64,000 nucleotides of DNA from an uncultured Flavobacteriaceae bacterium (GCA_938017825.1 CALIJE010000016.1:8358-72357), one strand, 5' to 3'. Numbered from the stretch's first letter, positions 1-9,767 are shown. Notes: a model not told the origin generated them from the sequence alone. A program made the numbers and translations.

Positions 1-325
1 AACGGTCTTCTTCATTGGCAACTCCCGGAAGCGCGTTGACCAAACTATCAAAAACCGGGGTAAGATCAACAGCTTGCTTCGATACGGCTTCGAAATTCTT
101 TTGTAACCATGCAATATGGCGTTCTGCCCGGTCTTCTTGATTTTGCTCTTGATGTATTGGCATTTCCAAACAAAGCAGATCTAATCCTGTTTTGGCACAG
201 AGGGTCGAGGTTACCGCCGAATCGATTCCACCTGAAATACCGATTACGAATCCTTTTATTTTTGCATTTTCGGCGTAGTCCTTTAACCAGTTCACGATAT
301 GCTCTGCTACTTTTTCAACTTGCAT
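1..325 (-). CDS. nadE: NH3-dependent NAD+ synthetase, N-terminal part (runs off the left edge)
   Basis: Not in the ORF track. Manual translation from ATG at 325 gives MQVEKVAEHIVNWLKDYAENAKIKGFVIGISGGIDSAVTSTLCA, containing the SGGxDS PP-loop; divergent from gldB. Confidence 0.93.
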   Translation of the reverse strand, partial: MQVEKVAEHIVNWLKDYAENAKIKGFVIGISGGIDSAVTSTLCAKTGLDLLCLEMPIHQEQNQEDRAERHIAWLQKNFEAVSKQAVDLTPVFDSLVNALPGVANEEDR

Positions 326-351
326 TGGGTATCTTATTAGAATTTAACGAT

Positions 352-359
352 TAACTTTG
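352..359 (+). promoter_or_regulatory. Bacteroidota housekeeping -7 promoter element for gldBC
   Basis: TAACTTTG matches TAnnTTTG, about 20 nt upstream of the gldB GTG. Confidence 0.6.
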
Positions 360-378
360 CCCGTAAAAATAAACCCAG

Positions 379-1371
379 GTGCCAAAAAATACAACACATT
401 TTCCAATACTTTATGCGCTAAGACCGGTTTTTATCACATTTCTATTATTTCTTGCCTTCGCTGCTTGTAACGAAACGGATAAAATCGAAGCGGAAATTTC
501 TAAAATACCTGTTGATTTGAACCTTGTACGCTTCGATAAAGAGTTTGATGAGCTTGTTCCTGACGAATTGGGGAATCTCAAAGAAAAATATCCTTATTTA
601 TTCCCGGCCCCAGACAGTGTGTGGCTGGCAAAGTTGACCGATAGTCTACAAATTGTACTTCGCACCTCGGTTCGTAACGAATTCTCTGATTTTGATCGGG
701 AAGCGGCCGATTTGGAGTCCTTGTATAAACACGTTTCTTACTATTTTGATGGGTACAAGGTTCCAAGGGTAATAACTTTGACAAACGATGTCGACTATCG
801 AAATAGGATTATCGCTACTGACTCGATCTTATTTATCAACCTTGATAATTATCTAGGGGGTGATCATGAGTTTTATGGTAGCTTTCCGAGATATCTTAGC
901 AATAGTTTGAGTAGGGAGTATCTCATTTCCGATGTGGCTTCAGCGGTGGGTAACACCATAACCCCCGGGCCAACCTCCCGAAGTTTTTTGGAGCAAATGG
1001 TCTATTATGGAAAGTTACTTTTTGTAAAAGACAAGGTAATCCCCTTTGAGACCGACGCAAAAAAAATCGGGTATACCGAAGAGCAATTAGATTGGGTACA
1101 ACAAAACGAAGATCCGATTTGGCGCAACTTTATTGAGAATGAGTATTTGTACAGTACTGACAATAGGCTTGCATCACGATTTTTGGATCCCGCACCCTTT
1201 TCAAAGTTTGGGCTAGAATTAGATATTGATTCACCTGGAAGAGCGGGCCGTTTTATTGGATGGCAGATCGTTAGGGCATTTATGGAAAAAAATCCAGTAT
1301 CCTTAGATCAAATGCTAAACCTGTCAGGCGAAGAGATTTTTAAGAAGAGCAATTACAAACCCAAAAGATAA
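379..1371 (+). CDS. gldB: Gliding motility lipoprotein GldB
   Basis: Lipobox FAAC; APFSKFGLELD-x-DSPGRAGRFIGWQIVR and NYKPK motifs; adjacent to gldC. Confidence 0.93.
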   Translation: MPKNTTHFPILYALRPVFITFLLFLAFAACNETDKIEAEISKIPVDLNLVRFDKEFDELVPDELGNLKEKYPYLFPAPDSVWLAKLTDSLQIVLRTSVRNEFSDFDREAADLESLYKHVSYYFDGYKVPRVITLTNDVDYRNRIIATDSILFINLDNYLGGDHEFYGSFPRYLSNSLSREYLISDVASAVGNTITPGPTSRSFLEQMVYYGKLLFVKDKVIPFETDAKKIGYTEEQLDWVQQNEDPIWRNFIENEYLYSTDNRLASRFLDPAPFSKFGLELDIDSPGRAGRFIGWQIVRAFMEKNPVSLDQMLNLSGEEIFKKSNYKPKR

Positions 1372-1374
1372 GTT

Positions 1375-1713
1375 ATGGCAGATTTACATACTTCGGAGAT
1401 CACCTTGACCGTTGCCTTAGATGAGAATCGAGTTCCTGAGCAATTAAATTGGTCTGCCCAAGATGGTGGCATCGACAATGAAGAGGCAAAAGCGATGCTA
1501 CTCTCAGTTTGGGACAGTAAGAATAAGGAGTCTCTCAAAATTGATCTATGGACAAAAGATATGCCAGTTGATGAGATGAAAATATTTTTTCATCAAACCC
1601 TTGTGTCGCTTTCCGACACTTTTATGAAGGCCACTCAAGACGAAAAAATGACGGCTCAAATGAAAGATTTCTGTGATTATTTTGCGGAGAAGTTAGAGCT
1701 GAAGGGGTCCTAA
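1375..1713 (+). CDS. gldC: Gliding motility protein GldC
   Basis: LDENRVPE, IDLWTKDMPVDEMKIFFHQTL; 112 aa. Confidence 0.95.
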   Translation: MADLHTSEITLTVALDENRVPEQLNWSAQDGGIDNEEAKAMLLSVWDSKNKESLKIDLWTKDMPVDEMKIFFHQTLVSLSDTFMKATQDEKMTAQMKDFCDYFAEKLELKGS

Positions 1714-1717
1714 TGAT

Positions 1718-2515
1718 TTACATTACCGAATGTACATCCTCCGTCAATATCCTCGAAAGTTCTTGGAGCCCTCCTTTTTCATACATACCCAACAAGTCTT
1801 TTAAAGGTGTGCCAATCGGTGCCTTATAGTTAATGTAATCCTGAAAAAGTATTCCATCAACCACCCTTGGATTGAAAGCGCTTCTAAAACGAACGCCACC
1901 GCCATCGGTACTGTAACTATAGGCCAGAAATTCGATTGTATTGGTCTTTGAATTGATCCAATACATAAATTTATCGTCGTAGTCTTTTCCGCCCCCTTCT
2001 TGATCAAAGCTAATGCCCAGCCTCTCATATTGTTGTTCATTTACCATTGCCGAACCTTCAAAACTTTTATTTACCGCTTTGTCTTTTAATTTGTGGGGTA
2101 GGGTGGCAAAGTAGATTACCGAATTCAAGGCCTCTGTGTATTTGGCGTTATCCTTTTCTGAAAGCGTTATAACAGCTCCGTTTATAGTTCTCGTAAGTTT
2201 TCCATTTTCAAGAACATCGATAATCGTATCCTTTTTCTTGATACTGCTTACCGTATAAACATATCCATTCTCACTATTGTGAAACGTGTAGTTTTTATCT
2301 CTAAATGTAAAACGGTAATGTGCCTTGTCATAAAGAGCACCCCCATGGGCCTCTACGGTATCATCGATTAATAATTCTGCATCAAAGACTTGACTGTCGA
2401 CGGCAGATACATCTTTTTCGATTTGGCTATTGGAGGCATTTTGCTTCACCTTGGTGTTACACGAATTTAACATGAATAGCATGCCAATTAGAATTGTTTG
2501 TAAGATGGTTTTCAT
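1718..2515 (-). CDS. Lipoprotein of unknown function (DUF6503-like)
   Basis: Lipobox LNSC; AHGG, F-x-FR, NSVIYF-x-x-LP, GGG-x-D-x-DD and GG-x-RFR motifs of a common Bacteroidota beta-rich family. Confidence 0.65.
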   Translation of the reverse strand: MKTILQTILIGMLFMLNSCNTKVKQNASNSQIEKDVSAVDSQVFDAELLIDDTVEAHGGALYDKAHYRFTFRDKNYTFHNSENGYVYTVSSIKKKDTIIDVLENGKLTRTINGAVITLSEKDNAKYTEALNSVIYFATLPHKLKDKAVNKSFEGSAMVNEQQYERLGISFDQEGGGKDYDDKFMYWINSKTNTIEFLAYSYSTDGGGVRFRSAFNPRVVDGILFQDYINYKAPIGTPLKDLLGMYEKGGLQELSRILTEDVHSVM

Positions 2516-2524
2516 AGAATGATT

Positions 2525-3157
2525 TTATATTTCAACATGCCCTTTGGGGCATTCAATGATGGCTTTTAGCTTTACTTCCGACGATTTTGTTATTCGAAAA
2601 TCGATATCAAGTTGTTTAAACGTATTCTTGAATTTTTCGGGTGTAGGATGCATGCCAAATAATTCAATAAGCCTACAATCGGTTTGTTTCAAAACATCCG
2701 TAGGATGCAGCTTTGATTTGTCCCAGTTAACCATAAATGGCAATAATTCGACTTCTGGATGTGATAGTGGCATTATTAAATCCCATTGCAACTGCCCACC
2801 ACTGGGTAGATTTCTTGAGCCTTCCCGTATCAATCCCATTTCAGGATTTATACTTTTCAAGAGCAGACTGTCTGCATTCAATTGACTTGACCGCATTGCC
2901 CAACGGGTAATCTGGTTTTCTTTAAGCAAATCCAAGCCCATCCAACGTGGCAGCACTGCTTGCGTATTACTTTCGTCGGCAGCCAATAATTCCAGATACG
3001 TGCCATTGTCGAGTTTTATCAAAGCATTCTTGGTTCCAAAAGACGAATGAACTCCACCAAAAACTGGTCTTACGCCCAATTTGTCCTCAAATTCAATAAT
3101 GGCGTTTTCCAAGCTCTTGACAGCATATACGATATGATCTATTTTTCTCGAGATAAT
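2525..3157 (-). CDS. VOC/glyoxalase-like protein (Glyoxalase_3 type); start uncertain and probably non-canonical
   Basis: GGVH-x-x-FGTKNAL, YLELLA, LPFMVNW; the frame stays open upstream of the track's TTG (3112) and includes RKIDHIVYAV. Confidence 0.8.
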   Translation of the reverse strand: MISRKIDHIVYAVKSLENAIIEFEDKLGVRPVFGGVHSSFGTKNALIKLDNGTYLELLAADESNTQAVLPRWMGLDLLKENQITRWAMRSSQLNADSLLLKSINPEMGLIREGSRNLPSGGQLQWDLIMPLSHPEVELLPFMVNWDKSKLHPTDVLKQTDCRLIELFGMHPTPEKFKNTFKQLDIDFRITKSSEVKLKAIIECPKGHVEI

Positions 3158-3326
3158 TTTCGTTATGTCAATCAGTATTTAGCTATGTGTCGTATGATTA
3201 AGAGCAAACTAACATGTCCTAAATTTTCCCAAAAGTACCATTCATTATCCTAAAATGACAATTTATGAGAATGCAAGCAGGGTACATTTGTATTTCAAAA
3301 ATTAAGTAATTCAAAAATATTGAACT

Positions 3327-4076
3327 ATGAGAAAAAGAGCATTGATAATAGGAGGAAGCAGCGGGATCGGCAAAGCAACCGCCAAAAAATTGTTGCAAGC
3401 AGGAGTAGAGGTGCACGTAGTTGGTACCAATACCAACAAATTGGAGGCTTTTGTAAAGGAAACCACGAATAATTTGGTAATCCATAAAGTTGATATTACG
3501 AATAAGACAGAGATAGAGAAGCTAAACGACGTCATTAGTAATTGGGATACTTTGGATTATCTCGTAAATGCATCTGGAATTTTTGGGCCAAAACCTTTTT
3601 TAGATCATAATCTTGATGATTATGATTCGTACATGGATCTTAATCGAGGATTCTTCTTTATTACCCAAACGGCCGCTAAGAAAATGGCTGCGACCAATGG
3701 AGGGTCAATAGTAAATGTCGGTTCGATGTGGGCGAAGCAGGCTGTAAAAGCCACTCCGTCTTCAGCATATTCTATGCAAAAAGCAGGGCTGCATTCTCTT
3801 ACTCAACATTTGGCAATGGAACTCGCTGACTATAAAATAAGGGTAAATGCGGTCTCCCCAGCAGTGGTAGAGACACCTGTTTATGATAGTGTCTTCGGAG
3901 GGAAAGCCGAGGCAAATGAAGCGCTCCAGGGCTTTCATGGATTTCATCCCATCGGACGTTTTGGGCAGCCCGAGGATGTAGCCAATACCATTTCATTTTT
4001 GTTATCTGATCAAGCCTCCTGGGTCACAGGTGCTATTTGGGATACCGATGGTGGTGTAATGTCTGGAAGAAACTAA
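3327..4076 (+). CDS. Short-chain dehydrogenase/reductase
   Basis: GGSSGIG Rossmann motif, VNASG, catalytic YSMQK (YxxxK), IRVNAVSP. Confidence 0.93.
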   Translation: MRKRALIIGGSSGIGKATAKKLLQAGVEVHVVGTNTNKLEAFVKETTNNLVIHKVDITNKTEIEKLNDVISNWDTLDYLVNASGIFGPKPFLDHNLDDYDSYMDLNRGFFFITQTAAKKMAATNGGSIVNVGSMWAKQAVKATPSSAYSMQKAGLHSLTQHLAMELADYKIRVNAVSPAVVETPVYDSVFGGKAEANEALQGFHGFHPIGRFGQPEDVANTISFLLSDQASWVTGAIWDTDGGVMSGRN

Positions 4077-4126
4077 AGACGAATACTTCCTGATCGTTTT
4101 CTATATTAGTGCGTATCTAACTAACT

Positions 4127-5182
4127 ATGAAAGAATCGTACACAAAATTTGTTATTATTGGTGCAGGCCTTTCTGGCTTAACCATTGGGCATCAATTATT
4201 CCAATCTGGACAAAAGGATTTTGTAGTTCTAGAAGCTCGCGATAGAATCGGCGGTAGGATTATGACCAAAGATGGTATTGATCTAGGGGCAACGTGGTTT
4301 CAATCACACCATCATGAGGTGTCGAAAATGTTGGAGGACCTCAAGCTTGAAAAATTTCATCAATATAACAAAGGTCGCAGTGTATTGGTCTACAGCACCA
4401 TGGCACCTGAACATTATTTTGAAAACGACCCAAGTGCACCTTCAGCGTATCGAATTGTTGGAAACTCGATGGCCATGATCAATACCTTGGCCAAACCTTT
4501 CAAAGATCGTATTCATCTTGGCCATTTGGTCACTGATGTTCATGAAGATAATGATACGATTTCGGTAATAACGAATGAGCACCTATTTAAGGCTGAAAAG
4601 GTCATCGTTGCTGCTCCTCCCCGTATTGCGCTGAAAATTAGATTCATGCCTGAATTGCCCGCTGAATTGATTTCTGCAATGGAAACAACACATACTTGGA
4701 TGAGCAATGCTATCAAAGTAGGCCTAACTTTCGAGAAACCGTTTTGGCGCGCCAAGAACTTATCAGGAATGGTTATCGGCCAAGTTGGTGCGGTAACCGA
4801 ACTATACGATCATTCAAATGCTGAGGACAATAGGTATGCATTGATGGGTTTTGTAAATGAAGGGCTGCGCGATTTTTCTAAAAAAGATCGAAAAGATCGT
4901 ATCCTAAACTACCTTGCAAAATATCTTGGTGAGGAGGTACTAATTTATAAGGCATATGTAGAAAAAGATTGGTCACAAGACTCAAATACGTGTGGGGATA
5001 CCATTAAGTCTATATACATGAGCCCGTCTTATGGCAACAAGCTATTTGTTGATTCCTATATGAACGATAGGTTGTTGTTTTCTGGGGCCGAAACCTCTGC
5101 ACTATATGGCGGATATATGGATGGTGCTATTCATAGTGGTTTGTTGACTGCGAACAAATTAGTTATAAAGAAGGCCAACTAA
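4127..5182 (+). CDS. Flavin monoamine-oxidase-family protein (short form)
   Basis: IIGAGLSGL, EARDRIGGR, DLGATWF, C-terminal FSGAET...GYMDGAIHSG. Confidence 0.9.
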   Translation: MKESYTKFVIIGAGLSGLTIGHQLFQSGQKDFVVLEARDRIGGRIMTKDGIDLGATWFQSHHHEVSKMLEDLKLEKFHQYNKGRSVLVYSTMAPEHYFENDPSAPSAYRIVGNSMAMINTLAKPFKDRIHLGHLVTDVHEDNDTISVITNEHLFKAEKVIVAAPPRIALKIRFMPELPAELISAMETTHTWMSNAIKVGLTFEKPFWRAKNLSGMVIGQVGAVTELYDHSNAEDNRYALMGFVNEGLRDFSKKDRKDRILNYLAKYLGEEVLIYKAYVEKDWSQDSNTCGDTIKSIYMSPSYGNKLFVDSYMNDRLLFSGAETSALYGGYMDGAIHSGLLTANKLVIKKAN

Positions 5183-6079
5183 ATGAACAAGATAACCCAA
5201 TATCATTTACATAAGGCCAATCCGGAGAAATTGCAGTTTCAGGTCTATGACCTTAATGCGTATCGAAATAAGAACTCGGTGAAAGCGGGGGAACCGCATT
5301 CACACTCCTACTATCAAATCATTTGGTTTTTTGAGGCGGGTGGAACCCATACGGTAGATTTCAATTCTTTTCCAATTCGAAAACATACGGTGCTCTGTAT
5401 ATCCAAGGACCAAGTACACTTTTTTGATAACAATCTAAATGTAACAGGCTGGCTGATTCATTTTAATGAGAGCTTTTTTATGCATTCAGATGTAGATATT
5501 TTTCTAAAGTTCAAGATTTTTAACACGAACAAAAATCCATATTATGCAATTGATCCTAAAACCGAAGAATTAGGATTATCGTACCTCCATTTAATTCAGG
5601 AAGAACTAAATTCTCGTCATAGCTTTGGGAACGAAGAGGTAATCAGGTACTTGCTTAAATCTTTCTTAATAACCTTAGAGCGTTTACAAAAAACGGCTGC
5701 CACAAACCGTATCGGTGCGACCAGTCAATATGAACTACAGTTTTTTATACTCAAGGAGCTCATCGAGTTGAATTACATAGGTCATAAATCGGTAAGTTAT
5801 TATGCCAAAGCCCTACATATATCCTCGAAGACCTTATCGAACATAACCAATAGAATGGTACAGAAATCACCCTCTCAATTAATTGCTGAGCGCACGAGAC
5901 TTGAGGCTAAACGACTGCTTGCGTATACGAGTTTTCAGGTTAGCGAGATTGCCTTTCGTCTAGGTTTTGAGGATGTATCCTATTTCATAAAATATTTCAA
6001 AAGGAATGTGGGGCGTACTCCAAAAGTGTACCGACAAGACATCGAAGCGAATAAAATCAATAATCCAATGGAACGCTAA
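5183..6079 (+). CDS. AraC-family transcriptional regulator
   Basis: N-terminal cupin (PHSHSYY); C-terminal EIAFRLGFEDVSYFIKYFKRNVG-x-TP. Confidence 0.93.
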   Translation: MNKITQYHLHKANPEKLQFQVYDLNAYRNKNSVKAGEPHSHSYYQIIWFFEAGGTHTVDFNSFPIRKHTVLCISKDQVHFFDNNLNVTGWLIHFNESFFMHSDVDIFLKFKIFNTNKNPYYAIDPKTEELGLSYLHLIQEELNSRHSFGNEEVIRYLLKSFLITLERLQKTAATNRIGATSQYELQFFILKELIELNYIGHKSVSYYAKALHISSKTLSNITNRMVQKSPSQLIAERTRLEAKRLLAYTSFQVSEIAFRLGFEDVSYFIKYFKRNVGRTPKVYRQDIEANKINNPMER

Positions 6080-7679
6080 TCGGCCATCCTTCGAATTGTT
6101 TAGCCTCAGTGTTGCGCACATCGACGTACCTCGGCCAACATTCAAATGTAATGGTAGCATCTTCTTTATTGAACTTAATAAGACCGTAGCCAGCGCCTTT
6201 TGACGGACTTTCTGGATTTACGTAGGCCATCATGCTTATCTTATTATTGAATCCGTCAAAATAATCACCGGTATAGGGTAAGGTTGTATCCGGGTTGGGG
6301 TTGGAACCGGCTAGTTCATTTTCGGGCCACCACCAACGGCTGTAATAATCATTTACTATCGCGGGTACGATAAACGCCCACGGCCCATCTCTGAACTCAT
6401 CGATTCCTTGTTTGATTACTGTTGCCAAATGTTGGTCACCTGCAATATGCACAGCCTTGGCTTTTTGTAGTAGCCTTAGTGCTTTTTTTCGACCTGTTTG
6501 TGGCCAACCATTACTGTCTAAATCGGCATGAAGCCTATTGTCTAAAGAGCCATGAATGTGGGCGCCACCACAGAAACCGGTTTGGGAAAGAACCACTTTA
6601 ATCATTTCGGTATTGGTACTTCCCCAGTTTTCCAAAAACTTCAATTGCCGTTCACCCAAGAGCGTGAGTTCAGGTAAATCGATGGATGCGGGGTCGTATT
6701 CTGGATTGCGAATATGATCGGGTCTTGGGCCTTGTCTCGGTATCTTTCCTTCAGGCCCTGATTTGAATTTTCGATCTTCTAAAATTGCGAAGTCTACACC
6801 GCCCAGTAAAAGATTGGTATAATATACACCGATGCCCCTTTCTATGGGCGTTGGGTCATAGGGGTCTGGTAAATGAGCTGTTTGGCAGCGTTCTACCATT
6901 TGTACATATTTTGGATGATACCGATACCCACCATCAGGACTACCTTTTGTCACGGATAACTTTCCATTTTCGCCCCATAGATTTCCTTGTCCAATATCGT
7001 GATCGTCGGGAATCGTGATCGCCGGTCGATTGCGAAAGGTCTCTTTAAATTGGAGCCCGAATTTTAACCAGGCGGCCGTATGTTCGGTATGATCATAAGA
7101 TTGGTCGCCCGCGAAGAAAACCAAATCGGGATTTTGATGGTTGATGTTGCGCACATAGTTCTCGCGCGAACCCCTGTCTTGGTTTGAATTACAGGAAAGT
7201 GCAGCCATGGAAATAAGCTTATTGTCCTTAGGGTCCTTGCGAACAAGGCCCTCGAAAATTGCATTTGTACCATGTCGAATGCGGTATTTCGTGTCTTTTG
7301 TGCCATCCCAATTATTGACCCTAAATAGCGCTGACCACCCTATATCATTAACCAATTGCGTTTGAATTTCTTGCCAATTACCATCCTCTTCAATTTCTAA
7401 ACGTATCTTCCTTGTTTCATCTGGATATAGTGGATACAATTGTGCGCTTAACTTTAAGGTGTTTTTTGAAACCGTATATATTCCAAATGAAATTACGCTG
7501 TCTCGATTCACCTTTAAATTAATAATGGGATTTTCACCTCTATTCCACCAGTCGTTGGTAGATAGCGTATCCAGATTTGAAAAAGGAGCAGCAATCGGAG
7601 GTACTTGAAGCTTTGATTTTTCGTTACAACTGAACGTTAGTAGTACAAACAATAGCAAGGTATAAACACAATTTTTCAT
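6057..7679 (-). CDS. PhoD-like (alkaline phosphatase D family) metallophosphatase lipoprotein
   Basis: Lipobox TFSC; LSC, GDQSY, DDHD and GDQH metal-ligand motifs in PhoD order. Confidence 0.75.
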   Translation of the reverse strand: MKNCVYTLLLFVLLTFSCNEKSKLQVPPIAAPFSNLDTLSTNDWWNRGENPIINLKVNRDSVISFGIYTVSKNTLKLSAQLYPLYPDETRKIRLEIEEDGNWQEIQTQLVNDIGWSALFRVNNWDGTKDTKYRIRHGTNAIFEGLVRKDPKDNKLISMAALSCNSNQDRGSRENYVRNINHQNPDLVFFAGDQSYDHTEHTAAWLKFGLQFKETFRNRPAITIPDDHDIGQGNLWGENGKLSVTKGSPDGGYRYHPKYVQMVERCQTAHLPDPYDPTPIERGIGVYYTNLLLGGVDFAILEDRKFKSGPEGKIPRQGPRPDHIRNPEYDPASIDLPELTLLGERQLKFLENWGSTNTEMIKVVLSQTGFCGGAHIHGSLDNRLHADLDSNGWPQTGRKKALRLLQKAKAVHIAGDQHLATVIKQGIDEFRDGPWAFIVPAIVNDYYSRWWWPENELAGSNPNPDTTLPYTGDYFDGFNNKISMMAYVNPESPSKGAGYGLIKFNKEDATITFECWPRYVDVRNTEAKQFEGWPISVPLDY

Positions 7680-7775
7680 TAGGTTTCAATTAATAATTAA
7701 GCCTTTGGCGCTGTAAGTAATAATCTAGTTTGCAGACGTATAACCTACCTTAAATATATACTTTAGTAAGGAGCT

Positions 7776-8171
7776 ATGAAGAATGAAAACTCCAAAAAAT
7801 TAATTTTTATCTATAATGCCGATTCGGGTCTGCGCAACATGATATTGGATGGTGCCCATAAGATTTTTAGTCCGGCGACCTATCCTTGCAGTCTTTGCGA
7901 TATTACGTATGGTTCCTTTTCAGAAAATCAGGTATGGAAAAAATTTCGAAAAGGCAGTGATATACAAATGGTGTTTTTGCATAAAGACGAATTTGCAGCT
8001 GGGTATGCTTCTAAATTTGGTCACAAATTTACATTTCCGATTGTGTTGTCTGAAACCAACCATGGTTTAGAGGTATGTGTGAAGACCGAAGAGTTAAATG
8101 CCATGGAGAAAACACAAGATTTAATAAACCTGCTAAAGGAAAGGCAAGATATCTCTAAGAATTTTCAATAA
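7776..8171 (+). CDS. Conserved hypothetical protein with CxxC (possible thioredoxin-like fold)
   Basis: LIFIYNADSG...YPCSLCDITYG...FLHKDEF...FPIV; no P-loop. Confidence 0.7.
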   Translation: MKNENSKKLIFIYNADSGLRNMILDGAHKIFSPATYPCSLCDITYGSFSENQVWKKFRKGSDIQMVFLHKDEFAAGYASKFGHKFTFPIVLSETNHGLEVCVKTEELNAMEKTQDLINLLKERQDISKNFQ

Positions 8172-8766
8172 ATTCCTTATTGATCTGAGCTATAAATTTG
8201 AGCACCTCATCCCTACCAATTCTTTTCGATGATGAAGTGATAAAAAATTTCGGCGCTTCTTCCCACAAGGTTTCGATCATTTTATTAAGATAATCTTGTA
8301 CGTTTTTCTCAACAATAGCCGGCTTCAACTTATCGGCCTTGGTAAAAATTATACAGAAGGGAATTTGGTTTTCGCCCAGCCATTGCATGAATTCCATATC
8401 AATGGGCTGCGGTTCATGTCGAATATCCACAAGCACAAATGAGCAGACCAATTGCTTGCGCTGCTCGAAGTAATTGGTGATGTATTTTTGAAAGGTACTT
8501 TTCTCTTTTTTAGAAACTCTGGCATAGCCATAGCCAGGTAAATCTACAAGAAACCAATTGTTGTTTATCTTAAAGTGATTTATAAGCTGCGTCTTACCAG
8601 GTCTCCCAGAAGTTTTGGCGAGATGTTTCCGGTCGGTGAGCATGTTGATCAAGGACGACTTGCCGACATTTGATCGCCCAATAAAGGCGTATTCGGGCAG
8701 CGGCTCAGACGGACATTTAGAGACCTCTGAATTGCTCATTACAAAATTAGCAGATTTGATTTTCAC
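8155..8766 (-). CDS. yihA: Ribosome biogenesis GTPase YihA/YsxC (EngB)
   Basis: GRSNVGKSS, PGKT, DLPGYG, TKADK. Confidence 0.97.
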   Translation of the reverse strand: MKIKSANFVMSNSEVSKCPSEPLPEYAFIGRSNVGKSSLINMLTDRKHLAKTSGRPGKTQLINHFKINNNWFLVDLPGYGYARVSKKEKSTFQKYITNYFEQRKQLVCSFVLVDIRHEPQPIDMEFMQWLGENQIPFCIIFTKADKLKPAIVEKNVQDYLNKMIETLWEEAPKFFITSSSKRIGRDEVLKFIAQINKEFIENS

Positions 8767-8796
8767 GACAAGATGATATTACTAAAAGAGGATTTT

Positions 8797-9576
8797 TTAA
8801 TTCCCTTTTCCCAAAAACCCACGTTGTAGCAACCAGGCGTCTAATATTCTATTGAATTCATTAGGATGTTCCATCATAGGGGCATGACCGCATTTATCGA
8901 TCCAGAATAAGTCTGAATCAGGGAGTAGTTCATGAAAAAGATCGGCTACATCTGGAGGAGTAACAGTGTCGTTTTTTCCCCATATGATACAGGTTGGGGT
9001 TTTCATCTTAGGTAAATCTTTCGACATATTATGACGAATTGCACTTTTCGCAATAGCGAGCGTTTTAATGATTTTTCCACGATCGTTTACCGTGTCAAAA
9101 ACTTCATCAACGATCTCCTTGGTGGCCACAGCAGGATCGTAGAAGACGTCTTGGGCCTTTTTCTTTATAAATTCATAATCGCCCCGTCTGGGATAGCCAT
9201 CGCCCATTGCACTTTCGTAAAGCCCCGAACTTCCGGTAATGACCAAGGCCTTCACCATTTCGGGATATAATTTGGTGTGCAATAGCCCAATATGACCTCC
9301 AAGTGAATTCCCTAAAAGAATCACATTCTTAAGTTTTTTGAACTCTATAAATTTCTCAAGGAATTTGGCGAACTGCTTTACGTTCGTTTTCATCATGGGC
9401 ATATCATAGATTGGTAGCTCGGGTATCAGCACGCGATAGCCTTTAGCCGGAAAATGCTCGGCCACCCCATGAAAATTGCTGAGCCCGCCCATCAACCCAT
9501 GTAAAATAATCATTGGTTCGCCTTCACCAATTTCGATGTAGCGGTATTTGCCCTCAGTGATCAGTTTCTCCTTCAT
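8797..9576 (-). CDS. Alpha/beta hydrolase
   Basis: HGLMG, GNSLGG nucleophile elbow, catalytic Asp (DTVTP) and His (CGHAPM). Confidence 0.92.
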   Translation of the reverse strand: MKEKLITEGKYRYIEIGEGEPMIILHGLMGGLSNFHGVAEHFPAKGYRVLIPELPIYDMPMMKTNVKQFAKFLEKFIEFKKLKNVILLGNSLGGHIGLLHTKLYPEMVKALVITGSSGLYESAMGDGYPRRGDYEFIKKKAQDVFYDPAVATKEIVDEVFDTVNDRGKIIKTLAIAKSAIRHNMSKDLPKMKTPTCIIWGKNDTVTPPDVADLFHELLPDSDLFWIDKCGHAPMMEHPNEFNRILDAWLLQRGFLGKGN

Positions 9577-9723
9577 GCATAGGTGGTTGGTTGCCTAATC
9601 CGCTAAGATAGGCATTTCCCTATTATGGCAGCACAGTGGATACATTTTGAGCAAATTTCATAACCTACTTTTTAGTCTTTAAAGGTCAAATTTTGGCCTG
9701 TAAAAACAAATTTTAGCAATAAA

Positions 9724-9767
9724 GTGGTAATTTGTGGTAAAATGTGGTAATAAAATTTGTAGTTTTG
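9724..9767 (+). promoter_or_regulatory. dcw promoter with three MraZ-type direct repeats
   Basis: GTGGTAA at 9724, 9734 and 9744 (10-bp period), followed by -7 element TAGTTTTG at 9760-9767. Confidence 0.85.

Noticed and set aside
109-354. 81-aa + strand ORF
   Set aside because: Antisense shadow of nadE, which has clear motifs on the minus strand
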